A stretch of 64,000 nucleotides of DNA from an uncultured Methanoregula sp. (GTDB lineage Archaea; Halobacteriota; Methanomicrobia; Methanomicrobiales; Methanospirillaceae). The stretch is taken from assembly GCA_964590415.1 (NCBI GenBank), contig CAZPVQ010000005.1, positions 26,334 to 90,333 on the forward strand, given 5' to 3'. A program made the position numbers and the translations under genes. Shown here in pieces: positions 29,001 to 37,076 of the stretch. Position 1 is the first letter of the stretch, and every line of letters starts with the position of its first letter. The notes under the pieces are model-generated. The model was not told the DNA's origin and ran no database searches. It saw only the letters and a program-made list of their open reading frames with translations.

Positions 29001-30799
29001 AGGGTATAGCACTCACACACATCTCCCGATACGAGGCGGCAATCGTTTCATTTGACCAGGCACTACGCCTCCGGCCTACAGCCGCTTTTATCTGGACGGG
29101 AAAGGGGGTAGCCCTTTCTGCCCTTGGCCAGGACAAGGAGGCTATCAATTGTTATAAAAAGGCTCTAGGTATTGATCCAAAGGATGCACGGGCATATTAT
29201 TATCTGGGAGTATCTTTCTCCCGTATCGGAAGATATAATGATGCAATTAAAAACTTCGACTCTGCCCTCATAAACAGTCCGAAATGCGCTAAGGCTTTCT
29301 ATGAGAAGGGGCGGGCGCTTGCAAGTCTTTTAATGTATCAGGAAGCGATTGGTGCATTCGACCGGGCTCTTGGTGAGAATGGTATATCTTCTGATGTCTG
29401 GCTCTATAAGGGTATTTCAGAGGAAAATCTTGGGAGATATGATCGGGCGCTTGATTGCCTTGATCGTTCTATTTCCCTTGATGAAACAAACCCTTTGCCG
29501 CATTTGCATCGAGGAGCAGTATTAATACAATTGAACAGAAACAACGAGGCGCTGAAAGCATTTGATTTGGTGCTGACTCTCCAGCCGGAGTATCCGGAAG
29601 TCTTCTATTACAAGGGAATAACGTATCTGAAGCTTGGGCACTTTGATGAAGCAATAACAGCGTTTAATCAGGCTTTGGCGTTAAATGACCAGTACTCAGA
29701 GGTATACTATCATAAAGGAATAGCACTGGTCCACATTAAGAACTATCATGAATCAATAATTGCGTTCGACGCTGCGCTGAGAATAAATCCTGAATACCAG
29801 GACGCCCTTTACGAAAGGGGAAGAGCATTTATGCAGATCGGCAAGAATAAAGAAGCGATCGCATCATTCGATCGAATCCTTTCTCACAATCCCGGATTTT
29901 CTATTGCAATCTATCAAAGAGGCAGATCCCTTCTTGCACTTGGAAACCCGGATGCAGCAATCTCAGCTTTTGAACGGGCTTGGGAAATTAATCCAACCTG
30001 CTATCAGGCATTCTTCTGGGAGGGAAGGGCATATTTTGAGATGGGCAATTATGATGCGGCAATTACTGCTTTCGAGCATGCTCGGGAAAACAGCCATGGA
30101 AATGCTGATGTATATTACTTCATGGGAAAAGCTTACGCCGCACTGGATCAGCACAGGCTGGCAGTACAATCGTACGATCGATCTCTTGAGATCAATCCTA
30201 GCGCAGAGGTACTTTCGCATAAAGGTGTTTCACTCGCGGAACTTGGTATGTCCCGGGATGCTCTGGAAACATTCGAAAAAGCCCTGGAAAAGAATAGTAA
30301 CCTCGCTGAAGCCTGGATGGCAAAAGGTAATGTTCTGTATGACCTCGGAAAGCATCCGGAGGCTCAGGCTGCATATGAAAAAAGCCTTGATCTGGACCCG
30401 GAAAATGCGATTGGCTGGACACGTCATGGAATGGCACTTGCAGCCCAGGGTCAAAGCAGAGAGGCAATTGAATCATATGAAAGGGCGGTATCGGTTGACC
30501 CTACGTTCTCAATAGCTTATTTCACCAAAGGTAGTGCACTTATTGCCCTTGGACAGCACCAGGATGCCAGCGAAGCATTTACTGCTATGATATCGATCCA
30601 ACCGGATTTTGTGGACGCCTGGATCTATAAGGGCCGGGCATTACATGAGCTCGGGAAGTATCAGGAAGCTCTGACTACCTTCAAGCACGCTTTGGAAATC
30701 GATCCCGGGCGTAAAGAAGTCTGGAATGACATTGGGGAAATACTGGAAACGATTGGAAAACATGAAGAGGCCCAAATTTGTTACAAGAAGGCAAAATAA
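17036..30799 (+). CDS. Giant tetratricopeptide-repeat protein (4587 aa, about 134 TPRs, no other domain seen)
   Basis: Uninterrupted 34-aa repeats (W/Y..KG.AL..L.RY.EAI..FD.AL..DP) from about residue 5 to the C-terminus; no signal peptide or TM helix. Confidence 0.97.
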   Translation: MNKSDAEALLRQGIELYDLGRYQEAIIMFDRALALFPDLSKAYYFKGIALYDLGKYEDAIDSYDHAVTIDPADTNAWYNKAATLAQIGKNEKALEACDRLLATSWDNAEAWILKGIAFYELGRFKEAISAYDHALTVDPRHAKVYYNKGIALADLSRHNEAILAYDKAIEIVPTYARAFYNKGISLYDLGKYADSLNAFNKAYELDPTDIWVWYYRSFILAKQEQYSEANESADKFLEYEPGHSDIWAIKGISLFKIGRYEDAITALDRSLEIDPLIADAWLHRGLSLNKIQKFSDAVFAFNKAIELSPENASAYYNRGIALAYQSKYRDAAIDFDHVLSLDPENSDALYLKGVACIKLSRYEDALASFTQTLLKTEHPASFYYRGIALTKLGRHKEAIESFERALDQDPQCASAAYQEGIAYANLGRFAEAISAYDLALKINPLFTDAFYNKGFALAKLGNINEAIQEFDKTILQDRENAQAYHQKGLLLARLGKYGDAIDSYNESITIKPSYAQTYFDKGLSLAKLEKFELAIDAFEQAIEINPNYVNAYYNLGLALLRLDRFDDAIYAFNQALEIDPANTLVLYQRGISLMQIKHYAEAVADLDTVLALLPQNTGALYNRGIALFNLSRYQESLVAFDDAIDQNPGLVEGWLYKGITLNNLGLLEDAIVAFDKVLMLNPRHSEAAVRKGIVLVALCRFDEAIVILDRALEEKPDNDWAWCNRGIALSAIERFEESIQSFDKALEINNRCTRAIYEKANALSAIGNQSEAVALYDHALEIEPDNPRILYFKGVALSRQEQYNDAIDTFKQALSHEPENASGYYYLGVAYAGTERYYEAITAFDHSLAIEPSNALIHHFKGIALIAIEHYDEALAEFNHAITLDPAHAPSYYYLGIVHLQLKQYEDAIAAFERTNALEPKGKDAIVRKGIALVKLEKNEEAVAVFNRYLKESPRDALAWCYQGIALSSLGQFEKAVQAFDKTIEFNRSCAPAFYGKGNALASMGMYKEAILSYDCALEFEPDNLKTNYQKGRTLQNNQQYADAIKAFEKALAINPTFIDALFNKGLCLIQLKEYSEAIDIFDSALVIDPVCSPALYNLGSAQLQLKQYSFALETFDRVLEISPQNSEALYGKGIAFLHLFHYQEALNTFEKALEQNPAHIDSWLYKGIALTNLDLPEEAITAFDHALALNPKHTEAAVRKSIELLRLHKYENAVTILSSSIEEQPRDLWAWCYLGIGFIALERFEEAVHAFDKTLEINRRCARAFFERGNALLHLGKTLEAVVSYDQALEITPKDPKILYQKGIALAQRERYDDAITAFEKSLAIEPENALGFYFLGVSFAGQERFTDAIKAFDKAIALDPSNASAYHFKGVALVQRERYSDALKSFETAITLDPSDALNYYYLGVSYLQSKRYEEAISAFINATEIDPSLTDSYLYQGIANAELSRYEEALPLLDRALSANPSSIEALICRAKSLVKLSQFSEAIETHDRILSLNPTIIEIWMQKGNALFSLGRKQDSILAYSKALEINSNFTEGWVKKGNALHDLGKIHDAVVSYTKALDINPALMDIWMRKGDALNELGRTEDAIAAYTKSLKIDPDQVDGWVKNGKALYELGRYQDAIDALDNAISLNQRCIEAFHYKGLALEKVNRTNESIHAFEVLLEIDPHNSDAQYHKGLALAKLGEHRDAIDAFDKTIDILPSFAPAWYNKGRSLIHNEKYQAAIDAFNRAVEIDSAYTDVYYYKGFALFKLEKYTEAIESLDKNLEKDISNAQGHYHRGLALSKLERYEEALEAFDKALIYDPENALIFYHKGRSYAGLNRHSEATFAFEKTLQLKPKYLEALMCKGIALYNLGKFKEAVKDFNKIINENPKNYHAHYQKGRALFDLGDVSEAIEAYDRTIELEANFTHAHFHKGYALLQASQCENAILEFDRTLGIDPNFADAHYNRGIALAKLFRFNDAIISFDKTLNLLPGYAPGFFQKGLALYAIGHYQESIDIFDRTLELNPNSGEAAYNKSIALFDLGRNEESLAACEIALKLNPEFIEAEYQKGKALVGLERYDVAVAAFDRTIELDPTNAQAYYDKGLALIHLGKNLEAVASFDRLLELIPSFAPAFFQKGIALANAGMYNEAVFAFNIKLEITPDDAEALFQKGIALAHMENHEEAITAFEAASGIDPLKAEIHFQRGLSLAASGYHSEAVNAFTHALKINPGYTDAIYHKGLSLAELGEFNEAIAALSSALEVSPTIANAWLIKGFCLFAVGRHQEALIAYNASLQIDATNPHTWFYKGRAQISLEYHADAVNAFDQVLALDPEFAEAFYYKGIALAKDKKIAEAAAAFEQANRLMPDFTDAYLQKGRALALLGSYHEAVEAFRQVLVSNPDDLTALYGQARALDHQGLYKEAIAAYTHINQIEPGCERVFYYKGIVLVLTQTYPEAIDAFGRALALNPSRDTSWSEMGKALAILKKYEKAVEAFDEFLALKPDSVDILFEKGLALSYIKKPESALGAFNRCIELGLNNSRVYAEKGRVLFELEKHEDALASFDRALEIDPNDAVSHRVKGEILAKINRHEDAITEFDATLIIDPENSQAHRMRGVALAKLDRYEDAVVALDRAMENDSANPDLLACKGYSLYKLNRYKESVEAFGKSLKRKPQYVFALFYRGKALLHLKRWDEATTTFEKVLTLDEQNAEAWYYRGIGYEHISLYDDALSAFDKGLSLDSSCAIAWYHKGYVLGKLNRFDESVPSFERALEINPQMQDAAYHKGLALATIGRHDEAVQAFELALVLGPATGALYYYHGYSLIGAGRDRDAIISLNRSLELTPDDVAANLAKAETLFRLNSYNDAVVAFDKTLELDPHNAHAAFGRGKALSAVGHDEEALIAYEQALSLDSTLSDAAYNKGLALYRLGRYPDAIKAFDYTIEYVPGNALAHYHKGLVLNATGKYEKAIRSFNQALTCDSSITDATYQTGISFANLGKHEKALGAFDKILDLTPDNATVLFMRARSLVKLLRFDEALQALESSLNRENTIADVWVLKGSVLFELERMPDALESFERAISLEPDNNTAWYRKGKIYIELGNPHEAITCFDQVLSHDQACASAWLRKGSTLLSISQFEPALEALTRALEIKPGSAYGWYDRAIALLELGRYEEAVSSYDRVLSINPKYANAYYDKGVALAKLGKDREAVEVFDHATVLDPKFISAFYEKGLALSRLAKNKEAIAAFDRALAVDTSYSPAYFQKGLILKNLKRYDEALSALSAALTLDTGNYDIWFNKGLVLAYLKRFDEAKTTFDRAITLNNNSFAAHYERGYALINLKQYEEAITAFSQALALDDQNRDGHFEQGLAFAMLGRYEEAESSFSKALAIDNDFAEGYYNKGLALENLGRYDQAIGAFDQILSRSPEFSAAWYHKGIASEHLGKDEEAVEAFEKARQKEPHNISLLFSEGNALFRLAKYDDAIRIFDIALEKDPDNGEILFEKGKALAKLGRDEEAQEIFGFAAARLPNRYEPPYLQGLSLVSLGRFEEAGHAFDAALEINKTDPDIWYEKGLVLSNLGHPAEAIAAFDDSIIYQPDNPRAFFERGKAFTVLGKFEDAISSFDCVIDHLPENSSAQYAKGIALFHIRKFEDAIKVLEKTLSLNKDNADALYHYAASFAELGRYDEAAEAFGRLLDITPDNAQVWFEQGIIFAKLTRHIDAISAFDNALSVKPDYFAAYYHKARSLDILEQSSDAIVVYNQALDLDPAHSPSLHYKGVAHTRIGRFEEAIKAFDRTLEIDSSFAEAWFDKGKALASLGMFREGIRAFDKALIIDKNYAEVYFHKGLALANLGRHDEAIIAFNKNIDLNAGNAEAFYHKGLSLIATGRQKDALDAFDLVLQINPMSVETWLHHGMALADLGKYSNAINDYDKTLGIDPVNADAWYLKGISLFAISDYKNAYEAFCNALEIHPDFVSAFYYKGRTLHEQGMDNEAVLSYDNALAVQPKHIETLYHKGIALTHISRYEAAIVSFDQALRLRPTAAFIWTGKGVALSALGQDKEAINCYKKALGIDPKDARAYYYLGVSFSRIGRYNDAIKNFDSALINSPKCAKAFYEKGRALASLLMYQEAIGAFDRALGENGISSDVWLYKGISEENLGRYDRALDCLDRSISLDETNPLPHLHRGAVLIQLNRNNEALKAFDLVLTLQPEYPEVFYYKGITYLKLGHFDEAITAFNQALALNDQYSEVYYHKGIALVHIKNYHESIIAFDAALRINPEYQDALYERGRAFMQIGKNKEAIASFDRILSHNPGFSIAIYQRGRSLLALGNPDAAISAFERAWEINPTCYQAFFWEGRAYFEMGNYDAAITAFEHARENSHGNADVYYFMGKAYAALDQHRLAVQSYDRSLEINPSAEVLSHKGVSLAELGMSRDALETFEKALEKNSNLAEAWMAKGNVLYDLGKHPEAQAAYEKSLDLDPENAIGWTRHGMALAAQGQSREAIESYERAVSVDPTFSIAYFTKGSALIALGQHQDASEAFTAMISIQPDFVDAWIYKGRALHELGKYQEALTTFKHALEIDPGRKEVWNDIGEILETIGKHEEAQICYKKAK
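18671..21325 (+). repeat. Higher-order 15-TPR (510 aa, 1530 nt) duplication in the giant TPR gene
   Basis: 18671-19795 aligns without gaps to 20201-21325 at protein level, e.g. LNPRHSEAAVRKG..WAWCNRG..INNRCTRA vs LNPKHTEAAVRKS..WAWCYLG..INRRCARA. Confidence 0.85.
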
Positions 30800-30867
30800 C
30801 GTAAATCCATTTTTCAAAAAATAACTGAGAATTCCTTTTCTCAGGAAATAGTTAAAAAATAAAACCC

Positions 30868-30890
30868 GGGGGGACAATGCTTATCCCCCC
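30868..30890. terminator. GC hairpin between convergent TPR genes
   Basis: GGGGGGA-N9-TCCCCCC downstream of the giant TPR stop codon. Confidence 0.4.
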
Positions 30891-31232
30891 ATATGACTTT
30901 GTGCGATTACGATTATTTCCAGCACGGGGATTTTCACATTTTACGAGTGTAATGCAGCGGAGGAAAAACCCTGCCAGGGCGGCCATTTTTTAACTTCCTT
31001 AAAATACGGATTTTTTAATAATCTTTGAGAAGCACCTCAATTGCTATTGGCATAAACGCCACCACCACAAAAGGGGCGCTCAAACGGTGGATTGGCAGCT
31101 AAAAATTCAAAAAAATTCTACCCGCCAAACCTCGGAGAGTTCTTGAGGTTGGGGTCTTTCGAATACACCACAAATTTCATTATACAGATGTGAAATAATT
31201 CGTTTCATATTCGTCTCTCAAGAAAGGATTTA

Positions 31233-31991
31233 CTATTTTTCTCTTTTACCAATCTGTCGTGCGATAACCAGCATTGAAAGAAACCCGATTACTACTCCCA
31301 CAGAAACAGGAGACTGTGTGGGTTCAGATTTTGTTGAAGGCATTGCAGGTGTCACTATGCCGGCCTGAACAGTCGGGGAAGTCGTTCTCTGCAATTGTCC
31401 CGGGGGTGTCAAAGAGGTTTTTTCGCTCGCATTACCTGATGAAGTTGCATTCCGATTTTGTTCTGCAATGCGTTTATTCCCTGCGAGGTTCGGGTATGTG
31501 GGATCGAGCGCCTCGACTTTCTCAAAAGCAGCAATAGCTTCATCATATCTCTTCAATCCGGCAAGTGAGTAACCTTTAAAGAACCATGCTTTGGGACTGG
31601 CGGGATCAATGGCTACCGCAGTCTCGTATGCTTTTAGTTCCTCATCGAAGCGGCCGAGATTATACAGAATGACCCCCCGGTTAATCCACCCTTGAACATA
31701 ATCTGGTTTGATTTTAAGTGCTTGATCAGATGCAACAAGCGCTTCGCTGAATTGTTGTGCTCGGTTAAGGGCATCCGCTTTTCCGTTCCAGGCTTCAAAA
31801 TAATCCGGTTCGAGTATAATTGCCTTATCGTAAGCCTGAATAGACTCGGTGTAGGTTTTATTTTTCATGAAAGCATTTCCCTGCTCGAACAGACCGATAG
31901 CTTCAGCAGAGTATGCGGATACAGGAATTCCGATGCAGGATACCAACATCACCAGAAAAAGTGCTTCCCTGATTACTTTTTTTGTGTCCAT
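31233..31991 (-). CDS. Secreted, C-terminally anchored TPR protein
   Basis: Signal peptide (..CIGIPVSA), four TPRs, Thr/Pro/Ser linker, C-terminal SPVSVGVVIGFLSMLVIARQIGKREK (TM plus basic tail). Confidence 0.85.
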   Translation of the reverse strand: MDTKKVIREALFLVMLVSCIGIPVSAYSAEAIGLFEQGNAFMKNKTYTESIQAYDKAIILEPDYFEAWNGKADALNRAQQFSEALVASDQALKIKPDYVQGWINRGVILYNLGRFDEELKAYETAVAIDPASPKAWFFKGYSLAGLKRYDEAIAAFEKVEALDPTYPNLAGNKRIAEQNRNATSSGNASEKTSLTPPGQLQRTTSPTVQAGIVTPAMPSTKSEPTQSPVSVGVVIGFLSMLVIARQIGKREK

Positions 31992-32056
31992 ACTTTCCGG
32001 AATATATGTAGTATTGGTAAAACATAAAGAATACTTCAGGTTCCGGAGATTGGTCC

Positions 32057-33043
32057 TTATCGTGTCAGCACGAGAACCCGCCGGGTGAGGCTTTTATGTA
32101 CCCGCTGTTCATGGCGCTGCAGAATGGTCATGTGTTCTGCGACGATTTCTGAAATATCCTGATGCGTTACTACCACAGCCCTGTGCCCGGCTTTAAGCAC
32201 GCGACTAATCTCATCCAGAGCATCAGAATATAGATTTGCCATTGAATCTGTTTTTTTTATGCAGACTGATTGCCCGTAGGGAAAATCCGTCACCACCGCA
32301 TCGATGGAATGATTCCCCAACGGCAGAAGCGTTGCATCAGCAAGCATAAGATCCGATTGCGTAATATTTTGACGACTGCCATCAACCATCATCGGATCAA
32401 AATCACTTCCAATCGCATGCATCCCGAGTATCTCAGCTTCTATCAGGATACCGCCGGTACCGCAGAACGGATCAAGCATTACCTCACCTGCATGCGAACA
32501 GGTTAAATTGACGAGTGTACGTGCCATCCTTGGCATCATCACTCCCGGATGGAAAAAGTCCCGTTTTCCCGGATTACGCACATCATAAGATCCACGGTTT
32601 ATACTGAAAAGAACTTTGCCAAAATAGCACCGGTCTTCCGAAAGAATAGCCCGGTATTCTCTCTCTGGTTTGTCCAGTGACACCGTTCCCTCTATCATGG
32701 TTCCGATCATCTGTTCAAACTCCCTCTGTGAACAGGGATTTCTTGTATTGCAGCCGCCATGAATTTTTTTGGCTCGTCCTGCGAAGGACTGAGGGGTTTC
32801 AATGGCCAGTTCTCTAAGGAGTTTCTGGAAAGCTGAAAGATCAGGATCGCATTCTCCGAGATATTCCAAAACGACCTGCGTCATGGCAAGGCGGTGTGCT
32901 TCTTCTGGATCAGGTGCCTCAACAACTGCAACCTGAAGACGGCTATCAAGTAATTTTCCTATGCATTCGAGTTCAGCAAAGGGAAGTGTCGGGTTTTCAC
33001 CGGACAACTCGAAGAGCAGTCTCATTCTTATCTCATTGATCAC
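32057..33043 (-). CDS. trm11: tRNA (guanine(10)-N2)-methyltransferase, THUMP + SAM domain (Trm-G10/Trm11)
   Basis: ELSGENPTLPFAE, FFHPGVMMPRMARTLVNL, LDPFCGTGG, TDFPYG, RVHKSLTR. Confidence 0.85.
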   Translation of the reverse strand: MINEIRMRLLFELSGENPTLPFAELECIGKLLDSRLQVAVVEAPDPEEAHRLAMTQVVLEYLGECDPDLSAFQKLLRELAIETPQSFAGRAKKIHGGCNTRNPCSQREFEQMIGTMIEGTVSLDKPEREYRAILSEDRCYFGKVLFSINRGSYDVRNPGKRDFFHPGVMMPRMARTLVNLTCSHAGEVMLDPFCGTGGILIEAEILGMHAIGSDFDPMMVDGSRQNITQSDLMLADATLLPLGNHSIDAVVTDFPYGQSVCIKKTDSMANLYSDALDEISRVLKAGHRAVVVTHQDISEIVAEHMTILQRHEQRVHKSLTRRVLVLTR

Positions 33044-33118
33044 CGGCTCTCAAATAAGTGCGTAAAAAAATTGTAAAATTTCTTTGCTTGGAAAAGAATA
33101 ATCAGAAAAATGTTATAG

Positions 33119-34246
33119 TTACTTTTTACTTTTTTTTTTCCCCATGATTCCGGAGAAAAAACCTCCAGAATCACGACTCTTTCCTTCAAGCTCGGCAAGT
33201 TTTATGTAGAGTTCCTTCTGATCACTGCTGATGGACCTGGGGGTGACAAGTTTTACCCTGACCAGCAGATCACCGGGTTTTCCACGACGCTTGATCCCTT
33301 CGCCGGCAATTTTCAGCGCTGTATTGTGTTGTATGCCGGAGGGTACTTTCAGGTCAATATGTCGTTTATCTATCGTTTCAATTTCTATCGATGTTCCAAG
33401 CACTGCCTGAACGGGACTGATTTCGATGGTGATCTCGAGGTTATCTCCATTCCTGATAAAATGATCATGAGGTTTAACGTACACTTCAATAAACAGGTCA
33501 CCATTTGGTGCGCCAAAATCACCGGCTTCACCATATCCCTCCATACGAAGTCGCATACCATTATCGATTCCTGCGGGGATATGCACAGATACTTTCCGTT
33601 TCACCCGTGAATGACCGGACCCATGGCACTCTTTGCAGACTTTTTCAGGAATTTTTCCTTTTCCACCGCATTGACTACAGGTCATCATCCGGATGAACTG
33701 GCCGAAAGCTGAATTAGCTGCTTGTCGCATCTGTCCGCTGCCGCCACAGCGGGAACAGGTATTCAGTCGTTTTGTTTCGCTCCCCGTTCCGTTGCATGCA
33801 GGACAGGGTTCAGTGTGCATAACTTCTATGTCCCGGTCCAAACCGGATACTGCCTCTTCAAGACTGATCTGGATGCGCATGAGCAGATCGGCACCTGGCT
33901 GAGGGCCCGATCGTCTCTGACCTCCGCCAAAGAAATCAAAGATATCACCGAAACCCGAGAAGTCGGTGGAGAATCCTCCTCCCCCATATGCACCCCCACC
34001 GGTGTATGATCCTTTGGATGCATTGGTGAACGTTTCATGGCCCATGTTATCGTACTGTGCTTTCTTCTGTTCATCAGAAAGAACGCTATATGCTTCGTTG
34101 ATCCCTTTGAACTTCTCTTCTGCACCCTTTTCCTTGCAGACATCGGGATGGTATTTGCGGGCGAGGTTGCGGTATGCCTTCTTGATCTCCTTATCATCAG
34201 CACTACGCGGTATACCGAGGATATCATAATAGTCATCCGCACTCAT
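33119..34246 (-). CDS. dnaJ: Chaperone DnaJ
   Basis: J domain with HPD, G/F region, four CxxCxGxG repeats. Confidence 0.98.
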   Translation of the reverse strand: MSADDYYDILGIPRSADDKEIKKAYRNLARKYHPDVCKEKGAEEKFKGINEAYSVLSDEQKKAQYDNMGHETFTNASKGSYTGGGAYGGGGFSTDFSGFGDIFDFFGGGQRRSGPQPGADLLMRIQISLEEAVSGLDRDIEVMHTEPCPACNGTGSETKRLNTCSRCGGSGQMRQAANSAFGQFIRMMTCSQCGGKGKIPEKVCKECHGSGHSRVKRKVSVHIPAGIDNGMRLRMEGYGEAGDFGAPNGDLFIEVYVKPHDHFIRNGDNLEITIEISPVQAVLGTSIEIETIDKRHIDLKVPSGIQHNTALKIAGEGIKRRGKPGDLLVRVKLVTPRSISSDQKELYIKLAELEGKSRDSGGFFSGIMGKKKSKK

Positions 34247-34254
34247 TTTTCAGC

Positions 34255-36102
34255 TCACTCTTCTTTCACGTTATAATCTGCATTAACAACATTATCATCA
34301 GTATTTTTATCAGGCTGTGGTGCGGCAGTGGACCCTGCCTGCTGTTGTGATGCCTGCTCTGCCTGAATCTTCTGGTAAATTTTGGTTGTGACTGCATAGA
34401 CACTTTCAGTCAGCATTTCCATTGATTTCTTAATTTCATCAAGGTTGTCATCAGCCAGCGCTTTTTTGACTGCAGCAATACCTTCCTCAACTTTTAGTTT
34501 GTCAGCTGTTTCAAGCTTGTCCCCGCTCTCTTTAAGCATCTTTTCTGCAGTAAAAACCGCAGTATCTGCCTGGTTGTGCAGCTCAATCTCCTCGCGCTTT
34601 TTCTTATCATCAGCTTCGAACTGTTTGGCTGCGTCCATCATCTTCCTGATGTCTTCGTCAGAGAGTTTCTTATCTCCCTTGATCGAGATCGCCTGCTGGT
34701 TGCCTGACCCAAGATCCTTTGCCGATACATGAATAATACCGTTTGAGTCAATATCAAAAGTGACTTCAATCTGGGGTATTCCACGGGGTGCCGGGGGGAT
34801 ACCAGTCAGCTGGAATTTGCCGAGAGTGAAGTTATCCTTTGCAAGAGCCCGCTCACCCTGTACCACATGGATCTCGACACTGGTCTGCCCATCAGCTGCT
34901 GTAGAGAATATCTGGCTCTTCCGCGTAGGGATGGTGGTATTGCGTTCAATGAGTTTGGTTGCGATACCCCCAAGGGTTTCTATACCCAGGGTAAGAGGTG
35001 TGACATCAAGCAGGACAATATCTTTTGTCTCACCGGTCAGCACAGCACCCTGAATACCCGCACCGAGAGCAACGCACTCATCGGGATTGATGCCTTTGTC
35101 GGGCTCTTTCCCGAGAATCTTTTTCACGGTATCCTGAACAAGGGGAACCCGGGTGGAACCTCCAACGAGAAGAACATGATCGATGTCCTTCGGCTCAAGC
35201 TTTGCATCGCTCAGTGCCTGCTTCACGGGTCCGACCGTGGATTCAACGAGATCACCAATCAGTTGTTCAAGCTTTGAACGGGTAAGATCTATGTTGAGGA
35301 ACTTTGGGCCACTCGTGTCCGTTGTAATATAGGGCAGGTTGATATTGGTGGACTGGCGCTGTGAGAGCTCGATTTTTGCATTCTCTGATGCATCACGCAG
35401 TCTCTGCATGGCATACGGATCATTGCGGAGGTCAACTCCCTCTTTTTTCTTGAACTCCTCAATAAGGTAATCTGTTACGCGTTTATCGAAATCATCTCCA
35501 CCAAGGAGGTTGTTGCCGGCAGTTGATTTTACCTCAAAGACTCCATCGCCCAGGGTCAGAATCGAAACATCAAATGTACCGCCACCAAGATCATATACCA
35601 GGACGGTGGCATCCTGCTCTTTATCTATACCATATGCCAAAGCACTTGCGGTAGGCTCGTTTATGATCCGCATGACATCAAGACCGGCAATCTTTCCGGC
35701 ATCCTTTGTTGCCTGCCGTTGTGCATCGTTGAAGTATGCCGGAACAGTGATAACCGCTTTTGAAATCTTCTCACCCAGATATGCTTCAGCATCGACTTTC
35801 ATCTTCTGCAGGATCATAGCCGAGATTTCCTGGGGTGAATAGTTCTTATCGTCGATCTTGATTTTTTCAGCTGATCCCATCTTACGTTTGATTGACTGGA
35901 TTGTCCGCTGGGGGTTGGTAACCGCCTGGCGTTTTGCCAGGCTTCCGACAAGTCGTTCTCCTTCCTTGGTGAATGCGACTATCGATGCGGTTGTCCGCCC
36001 TCCTTCTGCGTTTGGGATCACGATTGGTTTTCCTGCTTCCATGATAGACATACAGGAAAAGGTTGTTCCCAGATCTATTCCCAAAACCTTGTCTTTTGCC
36101 AT
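34255..36102 (-). CDS. dnaK: Chaperone DnaK (Hsp70)
   Basis: [46 protein letters not shown]. Confidence 0.99.
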   Translation of the reverse strand: MAKDKVLGIDLGTTFSCMSIMEAGKPIVIPNAEGGRTTASIVAFTKEGERLVGSLAKRQAVTNPQRTIQSIKRKMGSAEKIKIDDKNYSPQEISAMILQKMKVDAEAYLGEKISKAVITVPAYFNDAQRQATKDAGKIAGLDVMRIINEPTASALAYGIDKEQDATVLVYDLGGGTFDVSILTLGDGVFEVKSTAGNNLLGGDDFDKRVTDYLIEEFKKKEGVDLRNDPYAMQRLRDASENAKIELSQRQSTNINLPYITTDTSGPKFLNIDLTRSKLEQLIGDLVESTVGPVKQALSDAKLEPKDIDHVLLVGGSTRVPLVQDTVKKILGKEPDKGINPDECVALGAGIQGAVLTGETKDIVLLDVTPLTLGIETLGGIATKLIERNTTIPTRKSQIFSTAADGQTSVEIHVVQGERALAKDNFTLGKFQLTGIPPAPRGIPQIEVTFDIDSNGIIHVSAKDLGSGNQQAISIKGDKKLSDEDIRKMMDAAKQFEADDKKKREEIELHNQADTAVFTAEKMLKESGDKLETADKLKVEEGIAAVKKALADDNLDEIKKSMEMLTESVYAVTTKIYQKIQAEQASQQQAGSTAAPQPDKNTDDNVVNADYNVKEE

Positions 36103-36105
36103 TTT

Positions 36106-36672
36106 TTAGACCTCCTGATCTTTCTGGTTTCCTTTGGATACGACAACTTTTGCGTATCTTATTACTTTGTCATGCATACGATACCCGCGTGAAACTTCAT
36201 CAATCACCGTGCCCGCCAGTTCTTTTGAATAGATATGAGCGATGGCTTCATGTTCTGCAGGGTTGAATTGTTTTTGTTGTGCATCCAGGGGAGTTATGCC
36301 ATTGCGCAGCAATTGGGCATTAAGGAGCTGCCTGATCTGAAGGATACCTTCACGCAGGTGAGTATCATCCGTTTTTAATGCCCGTTCAAAGTTGTCCACC
36401 ACTTCGAGAATGTCAATGGCGAACCGTTCATTTGCAAGGGAGATGAGTATCTCCCTTTCACGAGCTGTACGTTTTTTGAAATTTTCAAAATCTGCAGCAA
36501 GCCTGATGTGTTGATCGTGTAATTCGGCAAAGGCTTTCTTTTGCGCTTCGATCTCAGCTGCATGCAGTTGAGATTCCGGCTGGGGATTTTCTACCAAACC
36601 GGAATCCTGTGCTTCGTTTTGTTCTGTACTGTGTTCTGCGTCGTGCATTGTGCATCCCATTTGATGTTCCAA
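36106..36672 (-). CDS. grpE: Nucleotide exchange factor GrpE
   Basis: RLAADFENFKKR, FNPAEHEAI, GYRMHDKVIRYAKVVV; true start may be an internal ATG (MGCTM/MHDAE). Confidence 0.97.
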   Translation of the reverse strand: MEHQMGCTMHDAEHSTEQNEAQDSGLVENPQPESQLHAAEIEAQKKAFAELHDQHIRLAADFENFKKRTAREREILISLANERFAIDILEVVDNFERALKTDDTHLREGILQIRQLLNAQLLRNGITPLDAQQKQFNPAEHEAIAHIYSKELAGTVIDEVSRGYRMHDKVIRYAKVVVSKGNQKDQEV

Positions 36673-36681
36673 TATCTATTG
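36670..36681. promoter_or_regulatory. Palindrome at the grpE-dnaK-dnaJ promoter (candidate repressor site)
   Basis: CAATA-TC-TATTG between the minus-strand TATA (TATATATA, about 36693-36700) and the expected transcription start. Confidence 0.35.
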
Positions 36682-37076
36682 TATTGTGGTTCTATATATA
36701 TTTTTATATCATTATCCAAAAAGAACCGTTAAATATTACTTATTTTTCATAATTGGGGTTGATTATTCGTCTAATTCGATATTCAGGCTTTTTTGAGATT
36801 TATTAAAGCGATTTAGGAGATACCAGGATACCCATAATTGGAAGATCAATTCCCATATAGGGTATTGAAAGGTTTGATCGCACGTTGCTCCCAAGTCCGA
36901 TGAACATCACCGCCCCGAAGGGCTGCCTGTAGATCTGATTAGTGATTATGCAAAATAATCCCTTTTCCTGCGGTACCTCGGAGAAAACAGAGCGGGGGAC
37001 CCTTGTTAAATATTCCGATTCATATCGGGAAATAATCTGCATACATTTTTCTTTCCTGTCCTGCATACACTAGACC

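Noticed and set aside
17187-30877. Many 60-250 aa ORFs overlapping or antisense to the giant TPR gene (and similar shadow ORFs over dnaK, nrdD, glt and amt)
   Set aside because: They are shadows of long, biased coding sequence, with no recognisable motifs.
31040-31170. Possible riboswitch-like structure between the two TPR genes
   Set aside because: Only one modest hairpin (AACCTC/GAGGTT), no match to riboswitch consensus I know, and it lies 3' of both genes.
36870-36950. Possible C/D-box sRNA and a GCCC-TTCG-GGGC hairpin between grpE and purH
   Set aside because: Box C and C' matches are poor and I could not identify an rRNA or tRNA target; needs snoScan or RNA-seq.
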